Assembly: GCA_043228905.1 (NCBI GenBank) | Contig: JBHGNT010000003.1 | Coordinates: 22,258,001 to 22,322,000 of the forward strand | Length of the DNA: 64,000 nt | Direction of reading: 5' to 3' | Source: Azolla caroliniana | Lineage: Eukaryota; Plantae; Polypodiophyta | In this document: positions 1 through 11,500 of the stretch, piece by piece | Layout of the letters: the number at the start of each line of letters is the position of its first letter | Position numbering within the stretch: the stretch's first letter is position 1 | The notes under the pieces: model-generated | The model's database searches: none | What the model was told of the DNA's origin: nothing | What the model saw: the letters and a program-made list of their open reading frames with translations, nothing else | Program-made: the position numbers and the translations under genes

Positions 1-111
<111 letters not shown>

Positions 112-704
112 TTAAAGTAACCAATGGATTATACACATATCGCCTTTGTCATGTATCATATTTACAATCAACAAATTATCTATACCAATTAATTTCTTGG
201 TGTCTCCTCTCCCCTATTTAGTAATACCTACATTAGTGGTGAAAACCTCAATGTTTAAAGGTGAAAACACACCAAAAAACCAGAAATGTACACAGAGTCA
301 AGTAGACAAATGAAGTTCTTAGAAGCTTTGTAAGTAAAGCATGTCAGCTTGAAGATTTATACAATTGAATAGAGATTGTCTTGACAGATTGCTTGAAGAA
401 GTTTACTTCCCATACTTGGTTTTGACCAAAGATCTTACAATGTCAGGCCATCCAGATGATCCAAATGCCCAAAATCTTGTCTATTGCCTTAAAGCAATGC
501 ACGTACTCTTGGTACAAATGCTTTGGTGAATGAGCAGATTCATGATAACTGTAAGATTGTTTCTGATTCTCCAGCACATCATGCATAATGAAAGGAAGCT
601 ATCCTTCTCTTTTGAAGATATAACCCAATGGGAAGCACACCTAAGCAGCATCACCTTAGGAATGCCACCTTAGGAATGCCCTTTACTTAAGTGGCAGACC
701 AGAA

Positions 705-920
705 CTTGGTATACCCATAAGCCTGCATCTCCACCTGATGGTGCTTTACGTAAGTGTCACAAGGCATTTTCATGTTCTCAGAACCATGGTGAGGATTGCA
801 TCAACCTTACACCTTGGTACACCCATAAGCTTGTTTTTCCATCAGATGGTGCTTTATGTGAGTGGCACAAAGCGATTTTATGTTCTTGAAACCATGATGA
901 GGGTTGTAACAACCTTTATA
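705..920. repeat. Imperfect tandem duplication of about 108 bp in protease intron 1
   Basis: cttggta(t/c)acccataagc...gatggtgcttta...aaccatg(g/a)tgagg(a/g)ttg recurs at 705 and 813. The same pair is present in copy 2 at about 34546-34760. Confidence 0.8.
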
Positions 921-1408
921 TTGGCTCTGTGCTAATCTTATCTATTGGAATAACAGTATTGTGTTTTTCAAGGAAGCCTGTAATCTCTGTCTAAAGGAGG
1001 CAAACGTACTGATGGAAGTGCTAGCTCTATCACATTATGTCATATGGGTTGATGATGTGGCCCAAGGCTATAACTATGTGCCAAGTCATAGAAGCTTAGA
1101 AGGAAACTTGATCATTTATTACATCCTAAATTCATTTAAATGACTTATTACCTCACTATGAGGCAAATGACTTGGTTTTTAAATTGGTGAACATATACGC
1201 TATAGCATCCTTGCCAAGGCAATGTCTGCCTTGCAAACTTTAGCCATTAGGTGCTTTTTTAGCCAACATATCCGTGTAGTTTCTCTTATGATAGGAGCCT
1301 GAGACCTGCCACCGGTATTTAGAACATCGGAAATGTATGTCCTATCTATCCATCAGCATCATCAGATGTAAATTAAAGAAAATGAACGGGAGGGCGGGAG
1401 AGACTTAC

Positions 1409-2123
1409 CACAAGATCCTTGATCCTTGATTTCAGTAACCGATCCTTTCTGTCTCCAATCAATGGAGCTCGGAACCTCTGCATTCAGGAGACCTCCAAAA
1501 CCCTCGTTAGCATTTCGAGACCTGTTTCTTCTTCTCATTGTGATTCTGCTTCTTCTCTCGTCTCCGAAATACAGAGACTTGAATTCCTGATTCGTTAGAT
1601 CTGCGAACCTGTTGAGCCCCAGCAAATAGGATGGTGACACGCGTCCATCCCCCAGGTTGTGTGTGTGAATGTAATGGAGGTTATCGGTGAAAATCTGGAG
1701 GCGACGATGGCGTTCTTCCGAAGAATGAAGGGAATCGTATGGTTTAGGGAACCGTTGGAGCCATGAATCGAAGAGAGAGGAAGGAGATAGGAGATCGTCG
1801 GACGTATAAGGAAGAACAGAAGGAATTTCTTCACCATCGCCAAGGGTCGTAGAAGAGGAAAAGGTAGGAGGAGAATTGGGAAGAGAGGGGCGATCACTGG
1901 AGAAGAAAGGAAGAAGGATATCGGAAGAGGAATCTTCTTCATCCTGAGAGGAGGAAGAAAAAGAAGCTGTAGATGAAGCAGGAGAAGACGAAAAGCGAGA
2001 AACTGTAGATGAAGAAACAGGGGAGAAAGAAATTGGAACTGAAGAAATTGAAGAAGAAGAAGAAGAAGAGATGGGGAGCAACAGGAAGAGGAAGATGAGG
2101 AGGAGAATCAGAAATCTGGCCAT
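1409..2123 (-). CDS. Papain-like cysteine protease (RD21/XCP-like), copy 1, exon 1
   Basis: Signal peptide MARFLILLLIFLFLLL, Ser-rich extension, I29 prodomain (ERHRRLQIFTDNLHYIHTHN, LGLNRFADLT), mature start [22 protein letters not shown], and a phase-1 donor GTAAGT at 1408-1403. Confidence 0.93.
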
Positions 2124-2216
2124 GGCTAAATGAACACAAAATTTTGCTTTTCCGTGTCATATGATAATTTTCCTTCTGTATTTGTGACTACATCCAAAAT
2201 CAGCGATGGGAAGTCT

Positions 2217-2255
<39 letters not shown>
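2217..2255. repeat. (GA)n microsatellite in the protease 5' region
   Basis: Direct inspection. Confidence 0.95.
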
Positions 2256-2590
2256 CTTATTGAATGTGAAGCTAGAAAACAAAGATTCATTCACATAATG
2301 TACAAAAAAAAGCAACAAAGTTGACAATCTTCTAATGTACATATGTTATTTGGCCATACATGGCTTTGTTCCTTTTTGGCCAACTGTCATGGATTTTTCC
2401 AAAATTCTTGAGGGAATGGTTTTTAATTGTTTATTTTAAACCTTTGTTGTTTTCAATCTATATTTGCCATCAAAAGCAGATACTGTAAATTCTTCATAAT
2501 GTTGGGAGGAGAGTGCAAGCTGTCCATTTAAGTTGACCGCCCAATGGGCTAGTGCAATAGAAGGGTGAATACAATTTGCCTAAGGTCATT

Positions 2591-2840
2591 CGTTTTGGTT
2601 GGTTCCCTTTCGGGGTCTTTCACCAAGCCCCACGCTCTAATGCCACTGCTAGAGGGTGCGGGAGATGCGGTCAAATTGTTGTTTTGTGCTCACAGAGAAA
2701 AAAAGGATTGCAGAGAAAGAAGCTAAGCAAATTTAGAGAACGCACATACGACTTTTGAAGGTCACATAAAAACCCTTATTATGTTAACTTATATACTTAC
2801 TCATAAATAATGAGAATTATATTTTTGGCCTTCACTTTTG
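2591..2840 (-). mobile_element. Old LTR-retrotransposon remnant (LTR end plus degenerate tRNA-iMet PBS), with a second copy at about 39622-39856
   Basis: About 250 bp homologous to 39622-39856. gctctaat(g/a)cca is the reverse complement of a TGGTATCAGAGC-like PBS. Both copies lie upstream of a protease copy. Confidence 0.55.
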
Positions 2841-4407
2841 CTTGTGGAAACCTTTGTAGTTGGAAATTGTAAATGTTGAGTTGTGAGTTAACCTTTACTC
2901 GGAGAGCTCTCTCTCTTTCTCATTATATATATATATATATATAAAGATCACCCCCTAGATAGTAAAGCCCAAACGCACCGTCTTGATGAGAACATCAAAC
3001 GAGCAAATACTATTGACTCATCAAATGATCACCCAAAAGATTGGTAAATGAAATGGACTATTGGTATATGAAATGTGTCATAGTTTGTCGTGTAATGATA
3101 TGCTAATTTTGGGGGGGGGCTTACATCATAATGTTGTTTTTTATATCCTTCCCTATATTCCAATTAAACGATCCATCTCATTCTATATAAATTGGGAGAA
3201 GTTCTAATTAGCATAAAATATGTTCAAACATAATCTCTTAGCTTAATTTAAGGACCATGCCATTGGTTCCTACCTTTCGATTGTTCATACTAAGTATGCT
3301 TAAGTGATGTTGAACATTAACTTTAGCATGATGATGTCGAAGAGTAAGGCATACTAAGCTATAATAATGTTTTGTTGGAAGTTTCCCTCCGCAACATATT
3401 ATTAATGTAATGCCGTTTGGTAAAGTGAAGGTTTGAAACATTTGATAATAATAAAGATGACAAAAGCTATGATTCATGAAACCAATATACGCGATGTAGT
3501 TTTGGAAATTTGGACTATAATATAAATTAAATGATATGAGTCAACTTTACATTAAATTTGCATCTACTTGGTTCGGCCAAGTTGATGAAATTCATGATGA
3601 GCATGACAGATAAGTCAGACAACATTAATGTTATTGTTATTTTACTATTACACGAAATTGCTATTATTAGTAGAGCGTGACAGCCAAATCTGATGGATTT
3701 ACGAGTGGAGAGCATTGGATGGATTTACTGGTGACCAAACCAAATGAATGAATCAATAACCAGAGACATAAGCAGCTTTTCTTCGACGTCCATTTAATGT
3801 CCCTACTACTTTTTTGAATGTTATAAGCGGTTTCGAAAAGAGAGAATGGTCGCCCCGACTTGTAAGCCATGATGCCGTCAAATCTAATCTAATGGTGGTC
3901 ATTCCCAAATTTTATCAGATTAACTTAAGCAATCGTAAATGGAGGATAAAATCGATAAGCCTCGTAATCCACCCCATAATTAGTTATAATGCAACAAGCA
4001 ATAGCCGTAGAAGCTTTATAGTTAGTTATTAAGATGAAGAAACCAAGATAGAATAATCTCTACACAGCCGGAGTACAGAAATTGGCTCACGTCCCAATTT
4101 ACACTAGAAAAATGCTGTTCCATTTTCTAGCTTGCGTTTGATCCCAATGTCGAATTGTTTGGAGGTCGAAAATAAACAGATTCAGAAGATACTTTATTAT
4201 AACTACTCCCAACCTGCTCCTCCTCTGCAGCGACTAGTATAATAAGCAGTCACTTGATTGAAGCTTCGACAGCTTAATTAATTTCTGATTTGATTTAAAT
4301 GCATACATACACTGATTATTCTCCTAGACAATTGGGTTTGATTGATTCCCAATGCATTGATTATTAGTAATAGTAGCAGTATACATACATCTGTTAGTTT
4401 CAATTAC

Positions 4408-4679
4408 ATGGCGGAAACATCATCATCCCAGCATCATGAGTAACGAGAACCTGCCAAGACCTCACCGCCTCATCTGTAAGAAGTGGAATAGAGAGGAAGT
4501 TGTTGCAGCATGCGAGAAATCCAGAGTGGCTCTCGATGTTTCGGATACGCTCTCTCGTCTCATTCGTGTGTCTAATGCTCGGAACCTCTTCCTCATCATT
4601 TGCAAGGCGGATGGAGATAACAGCATAGCTTATTGGCATCCTGACGATGAAGACGAAGAAGAAGAAGAAGAAGAAGAAG

Positions 4680-4710
<31 letters not shown>

Positions 4711-5490
4711 GACAGCTCCGGCAGCCTCATCCGGAAGACTTGTAATCTCCTAAACCTATGCAGCTGCTTTTCTGTTCCAGATCCCGAACCTCCTCATTCA
4801 ACCGCTTCACACAAAAGAGCCAGCCATGAAAATCATACGCAGATGAGTAATTCAGGCCTCCGTCTGTCCAAGTCAAGGAATTGGGATAATTTGAGGGTCC
4901 CCATATTCCCGTCTATTGATATTCCAGCTTCCAGCATTCTTCTACTGTTGGAGTGGGTACAGGTTATGGCGGCGATCGCCAATTTGGTCATGTCTGTTGG
5001 CCGTCTTCAGGTGCGTGACTTCACTTTGGCCAGTGAGGAGGAGGGAGATGGCACGAAGCTCAACCACACCTCTGCACTCTTCATCTTCTACAGCCTCGCC
5101 ATAGCAGAGGCATTTCTGTTCTTGATCCACAGGATATACTGGGAGATCAACATCTATTAACGGCATGTGTTGGAGCGCGTGAACGAAAGCTTGGGACTCG
5201 AATCGAAACACCTTGTCATGACCCGAAGCTTCTTCTACCAGCTCTACAGCACATGCCTGAACCAGAGCATCTACAGATGTCTGAACATGGATATGGTAGA
5301 TTATTCTCTCTCTTGCTTGCAATCGGATCAGCCCCATGAGCAGCTAAGTGGGCTGAGTGTGCTTCTCACTTATTCGACGAGGACGCAAGTCGATTCGGGC
5401 AGGGTGGATAACACCCTCCGCAGCATTGGGATGAAGCAAGGAGCCGTTGAGCGGCTTCTGGAGATGGTGACTTGGAACGACCATCAGGCC
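4408..5490 (+). pseudogene. Chimeric pseudogene: Roco-shared N-terminal module + poly-Glu + BLE2-like/ARM-repeat family fragment
   Basis: 4436-4645 aligns with the N-terminus of the 26927 gene. 4843-5490 (RNWDNLRVPIFP...WVQVMAA...SALFIFYSLAIAEAFLFL.RIYWE...RSFFY...MDMV...EQLSG...DNTLRSIG...VERLLEMVTWND) matches, from memory, the plant ARM-repeat family of At3g06210/At5g18980/OsBLE2. Stops at 4441, 4751 and 5158 (in frame), and truncated after WNDHQ. Confidence 0.75.
4655..4708 (+). repeat. (GAA)18 microsatellite encoding poly-Glu
   Basis: Direct inspection. Confidence 0.95.
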
Positions 5491-6026
5491 ACTCTCATCC
5501 AACAGTGGGGCTTGCCATCGCCCTAATGAAGTATCATGGTCCCACCTTCAACCCATTGTTCGCGGACCTTGAAACCTGGGATGCTTTCCTTGGACTATCC
5601 GCCTCCGATCTCTTCAAAGCGGAGCCTTGGGCCATTGGTGATGTAAGCGACCCTTGGGCGCGCAAGACATGAGCCAGAGTGAGCCCAAGGCAGTGAGTGG
5701 CAAGACATTGCAATCGCCGCAATCGGTTATGGTTACCGCCCAGTACCTCCTCAACGAACTTCATGAAACCTTAAATAATGCAGCCAAACACTCTAGTGTT
5801 GTGTTGTGCAAAGGCCTGAGCAAAAAAGCCCTAGGAGCAGTGTAAGTGTGGAGCCTAATGACACAGTTATGCCGGCTGATGTGGGGGAGACTAGTAGCTC
5901 CCGGGCGGTCCTAGTTCAAGATCAAGTTTTGCCAACTAGATCTAGCCAGCTAACTGAAGATTTTCCGACAATTACAGATTTTGGGATCCAAAAACGTATA
6001 TTATGGGAAATAATGAAATATGGAAT

Positions 6027-6057
<31 letters not shown>

Positions 6058-6245
6058 AAGTGAAGAAGAAACTTATTGAATGATAGTTTTTGTCTCTCTC
6101 TACAACCGACCAACCGACCACACATAGAGGAAATGTGGTGGTTATAGGTGCACCCTATTTTTGGGGTGCACCTTTTCATATCATATAGCTTTTCGTCTTT
6201 TTTTTTTTTCTTTTTCTATTTACATATTCTAAAGTAATTAGTTTA

Positions 6246-8536
6246 TTACAACAACCCCCCATAAACTAAATTAGTTGTGAATTGTTGTAATCCTAAATTT
6301 TCACAACAAGCTTCAAATTTGTCCGGAGGGAGAGCCTTTGTTAGAAAATCAGCCCACATATGGTTTGTCGATGTAAACTCTAAGGTAAGCTTGTTTTCTT
6401 CGGCCAACTCTCGTATAACACGATATTTTAAATCCACGTGCTTTGTTTTCTCTGAGCGCTTTGGATTCTTCGTTAAGTAGATACATGATATATTGTCGCA
6501 AAAGATTTTCAATGGAAGTGGTTCACATAGTTGGAGTTCTTTTAATACTGTTTGCAACCATAGTCCTTTAGCAGCCAACACCACCGCTATGAATTCAGCT
6601 TTAGCATATGAGAGTGTCACAGATTCTTGTTTTTTTTATTGCCACACCACTACTGCTCCTGCCATTATATAAGAAAAACCTCCAGTAGATCTTCGAGAAT
6701 CAACATGGCCCCCCCAATTCGAATCAGACCAACCAACAAGTGATTTTATTGGTCTTTTGGATTGGGATCGTTTATATGTTAATCCATAGTTAGATGTGGG
6801 TTTTAGATATCACATAACTCGTTGAAGTGATTTCCAATGCATAAGGCCAAGGTTATGCATAAAGCGTGAAAGATAATTAATTGCAAAACAAAGGTCAGGA
6901 CGAGTTCCTGTGACTAAATATCGAAGTTTTCCTATTAATTGTTTAAAAGGAAATTGTTACATAAAATTAATATCTCTTTTTGTGGTTGGACCATCGGATA
7001 TGCTTAAGCTACATGTTAGTGATAAGGGAGTAGTGCAAGGCTTAATGTTTAGCATGCCGAAAGATTTCAAAATTTCATTAATGGATTTATTTTGATGATT
7101 TATCAAAGTGCCCATATTACGATTACGTGTAACTTGCATGCCAAGGAAATAAGATAGGGGACCTAAATCTGTTATTGAAAATGCTTTGGAAAGTTCTAGC
7201 TTTGCTTGAGTAATTTCAGATGGTGTTCCGACTATAGGAACGTCATCCACATATAGTGCTACCACTAACAACTGATTAGATGTATGATTATGTCTAATAT
7301 ATATATTTGGTTCTGATAACAATCTAGAATAGCCATGTGAGAGCATAAAATTATTAAAATTTTGAAACCATAACCTAGGAGATCGTTTGAGTCCATAAAG
7401 TGATCGATGTAACTGACACACATAGTTTGGTTGAGAGTGTGACTCAAACCCAGGATGTTGTGACATGTATATTTCTTCGGGTAAATCACCATGTAGAAAT
7501 GCTGTTTGTACATCCAAATGATGTACGTCGAGGTCAAGAATGGTGGCCAGAGCCATTAGGAGCCGAAAAGATGCCATGCAAAGAACGGGTGAGAATGTCT
7601 CAGAATAGTCAAGTCCTTCAACTTGAGAAAAACCATGAGCAACAAGTCGAGCTTTGTAACGTGCAATAGTACCATCAGGGTTTAGTTTTTTCTTCAACAC
7701 CCATTTGCATGAAATAGGTGAGCATCCCATTGGGAGTGGTAGTAGAGTCCACGTTTTGTTGGCCTCAAAAGATTCAAGTTCTTTTGCCATGGCAGCTTGC
7801 CATTCATTACGATCTGGACTTTCCAATGCCTCATTGATAGTTAAGGGATCATCAGAAATGTCTGATGTGGTTGAGAAGGTCATATAGTTTGATATAGATT
7901 TCTTCGGGTAAATCACCATGTAGAAATGTCGTTTGTACATACAAATGATGTACCTCGAGGTCAAGAAGGTCATATAGTTTGATGTGTCTGAATCATCTAT
8001 GTGGTGTGCTTCTTCAGCAAGTACCACAGAGTGGCCTAAAAGGTAAAGACATCCTTGTCTTGGACAATTAACGACATAGCCTCGTCCAGAGGGTGTCTTA
8101 TGATGAATGATACTGTAATATTTGTGATAAAACTCGACGTATGTATTATCAAATTTTGTGAGTTTATTGACAGATATCAAGTTTTGTGCTATGGTAGGTA
8201 TACAGTAAACTTCGTTGATTTCAATGAAGTTCCCATCAGAAAGTTCAAGATGGGAAGTCCCATGTCCAAGGGCATATTCAACCCCATTGTTCCCAAATCT
8301 AACTGGGAAAGGATGTTTGAAGACCTTATAGTCTTTGGGCCATTCAACTCTTGAGGTGAGGTGACATGTGGCACATGTATCAAGAATCCACATTGAAGTG
8401 GGAGAGTTGTTAAATGAAGTGAGGGCCATGAAGGCAATGAAAGAATCTTCATTATCCTCATCAGAATTTTGGTCATTATGACATATGTCATTATTTTGAT
8501 CGTAGTCATCATGTGATTGTTACTGATTAGGAACAC
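6246..8536 (-). mobile_element. Degraded Ty1/Copia pol fragment (protease, RT, RNase H; integrase absent)
   Basis: WILDTCATCHLT (protease), KARLVAHGFSQ, LYGLKRSPR, LYVDD (RT), KTKHVDLKY...WADFLTKAL (RNase H). Frameshifts between 6620 and 6960. Confidence 0.92.
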
Positions 8537-11500
8537 TGTCTACGGTCAGTCCTTCGACCTAGACCTCAAGGCGACTGCGTTGCAAGGAATGGTACCGTCG
8601 TACCGTAATACGTAATGGGATACTTCCCCGTATCCTAGTAGCGTATAAGGGGAGACGTCTACAACCGAACTCCTTAGGAAGTGCACTTAGTATCCACACT
8701 TACGCCTACACCTTTACGATTACAGTCCGCCACTGTAGAGAACAAAGAACATAGTAGATAAAACCACAAATATGCAGAGAAATCAGAGAAGATAGTATTC
8801 TATTAGAATAACGCTCTATGCATCAGAATTACATGCTACCTCTTACAGAGGATTTCTACCCTTTATATACCCAAGGTCTTCTAGCCGTTCACGCTTCCCG
8901 CGTGAACCGTTACATGCGTTTCTTACGCTTTTACTATATTCTAATATTTTTGCACTTCTGTCCGTCGGTTACTATTCCGGTGGACAACACCTGGCACGCC
9001 TGTGGGACAGTGCCATGGCAAGTCGGACCCACCCCTTTAATCTTCCTCCAAAATGGCCCGGATGTTTGGTTCCGCCCCGATGTCCTGGTTCGGGGATGGC
9101 GTAGTGTCCGTAGGCGCATCGTTGCGTGGTTCCATGTCTTTTACGTGCTCAGTGGGGCTTTCCATGGTGTTAATGTCTCCCTGTGTGGGCAGTCTGGGCT
9201 CTGCTGACTCCTCCCGTTCTATTGTGGCTGGCTCATCCATCTGCGGGCTCTCGGGAGGTTGAGGCTTTGTCCTGTCCGTAACTTCCTCCGTGTTGTCGGC
9301 CGTAGTCGTACGCTCCAGTGAATGGGGATGAGGTTCGTCCTGTTCAGCGGTCTCAATTTCCGGTATCGCGAGGGGCTCTGCTCGTTGTTCCGTGCTGCCT
9401 ACCATAGTTGTTATTTCCGGTGACATGGGTTGAGGTTCCTCTTGTTCGGCAGTATCACTTACTGGCATCGCGATGGATTCCTCGTTTGGTCGCGTGCTGC
9501 CGGTTTGCATGATTTGTTGAAACATGTCCTCCTGACTTTTGCCAAAATCGTCTAGTAGCTGCGCGAGTTCCTCGGAGTGCTGGTCCGCTAGCGTGTGATA
9601 ATCCTGCGCTAGGTCCTCACGTACTGCCGCAATGCTTTCCTCATTGAGTTTGTAGAAACCTTGGCCGTCTTTCCTTTGGTTCTCCCAGTCCGCCCGGTAA
9701 GTATGCAACTCTGCCGCTTGTGCAGCCCACGCCATCCAGCCTTTGTCTAGCGCCGTTTGTAATTGCACCGTAAACCTCTCCCAATTTGTTTGAAGAAGTA
9801 TGTGCATGTTGTCGGTTATTGCTTGGCAGCAGTTGTGCGCTTCTTCCACGGTTTTCTTGAGGTTTTCGATTTCTTGTTTATTGACCGCCACCGCTTCCTC
9901 ATAATTGCTCCTCATTCCTGCCCATAACTGAGACTCCTTCGAGTGTAATTCCTCCAGCTTTCCCATTTCCTTGTTTAGGCGGACTTCGACCTGATGCCTC
10001 ACCTCCTATTCCCATACAAGCTGCTCGTCGAACCACACTTTCTTCTTTTCCAATAACGCCCGAAGTCCCGTGATTGCCGTTTACGATTTTTGCGCTTCCT
10101 CCCGTAGTTTGGAGTTTTCTTCTTTCGTGCGGGTGTGCTCTACTGCCTCTGGTTCAAGTTTCTCTTCGAGGGCCTTCATTGCCTTTTGGGCTTTGGCCTA
10201 GATGTCCTTTTCTCTGTCGGAGGATTGGCGAAGTTCGGAGCGGAGGCGGTCAATCTCAGATTCCACCAGCTGCATGACCCTCTTTACTTTTGAGGCAATG
10301 GCGGTCTGGGCTTCAACCTCTTCTCTCACGAACTAGGCCTCGGCGGTGTTGTCTGTTGGTTGAGATGCATGCTGCGCCGCAGTTGCGTTACATTCCAACT
10401 CCATAATGCATTCGTTGGCCTTTTGTAGCTCAGCTTGGGTCTATTTAATCATTTTCTAGACATTTTTGTTTTTAATCGCCATATCCTTGGTGCCAATACT
10501 GACCTTAGCCAGTTCCCTATGAACCTCGACGAGGGTCACGTTTAATGGGGGTAGTTCAATTCCTATTCGGCGTATCTCGACATTTCGCTGCCTGCCTACT
10601 TTGGCTAGCGGTCCCTCATCATTGCTTTCTGCCGTTTGTGTTAGCACACGCTCAATCATTTGTTGTTCTGCGTGCTCCTCGGCCCTTCGTTGTGAGACTT
10701 TTATTTGTTGCATTGCCAAAAATTCCATGAGTTCGTAAGTAGTTCCGAACTGTAATAGTGCGCCGAACTCATGAGCTGTGTTCGGAATGTCCAAATACAC
10801 CTTTCCCCCGCTGTGACTGGGCCATAATGATTGGTCGTGGTTCCTGGATTATTTCGAAAGTGATGTTGGGCTCCGTAGCTACAGAACTGTTGACCACGAC
10901 GGTCGTCTCTGTGGCCGCGAGTGTGTCTTTAACTAATCCGTGCCCATCTTTCCTTTCCAACCTCAGCCGTTTCAGCCTCGGGCTTTCCTGACGTTGCTTG
11001 GCTTCCTGCTCCTGTGGGGCTTCCTCCCTGCACTCCTGTCGTTCTTCCTGTGTTGTTCACGTGCTGGGTTGGGCCGATTGGGGTTCATCCTCCCATTGCG
11101 TGGTGGCCAACTCCGCTAACCTTTGTTTCGCGGAACATGGCGGCGGTGTGGGTTTGCTGGACTGTGGTGCGGGTAGACCTTAGGGTGGGAATAGTATCGT
11201 CAGATACTGTTGTATGATTGGCCTTAGCTTTTTGCCGCCTTGATACACGTGTAGGCCTTCCCGTAATGCTGGTCCCGTAATGACCACCTAATCAACCGCG
11301 CGCCCTTCGAAGGTATCAATGATGATGCCTGCCTTTTGCTTTGGCATCCCATAGGCATTTACATGCACGCATCCGACATCCAACAAGAACTTGGCTATTT
11401 CACGAAAGAAGGGATCGGGGATTTCCTTTGTCTTGTATGCCTTGGTGGACGCCGAATATGCCCCAAAATATCTCTGCAAGGTTTCCGCAGGAGGAATGTC

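Noticed and set aside
738-935. 65-aa ORF conserved at 34483-34794
   Set aside because: It is antisense within the protease intron, and the similarity follows from the segmental duplication and the 108-bp tandem repeat.
5472-6063. Short ORFs following the ARM fragment
   Set aside because: No recognisable motif and the frames change repeatedly. Probably unrelated DNA at the truncation point; cannot be assigned.
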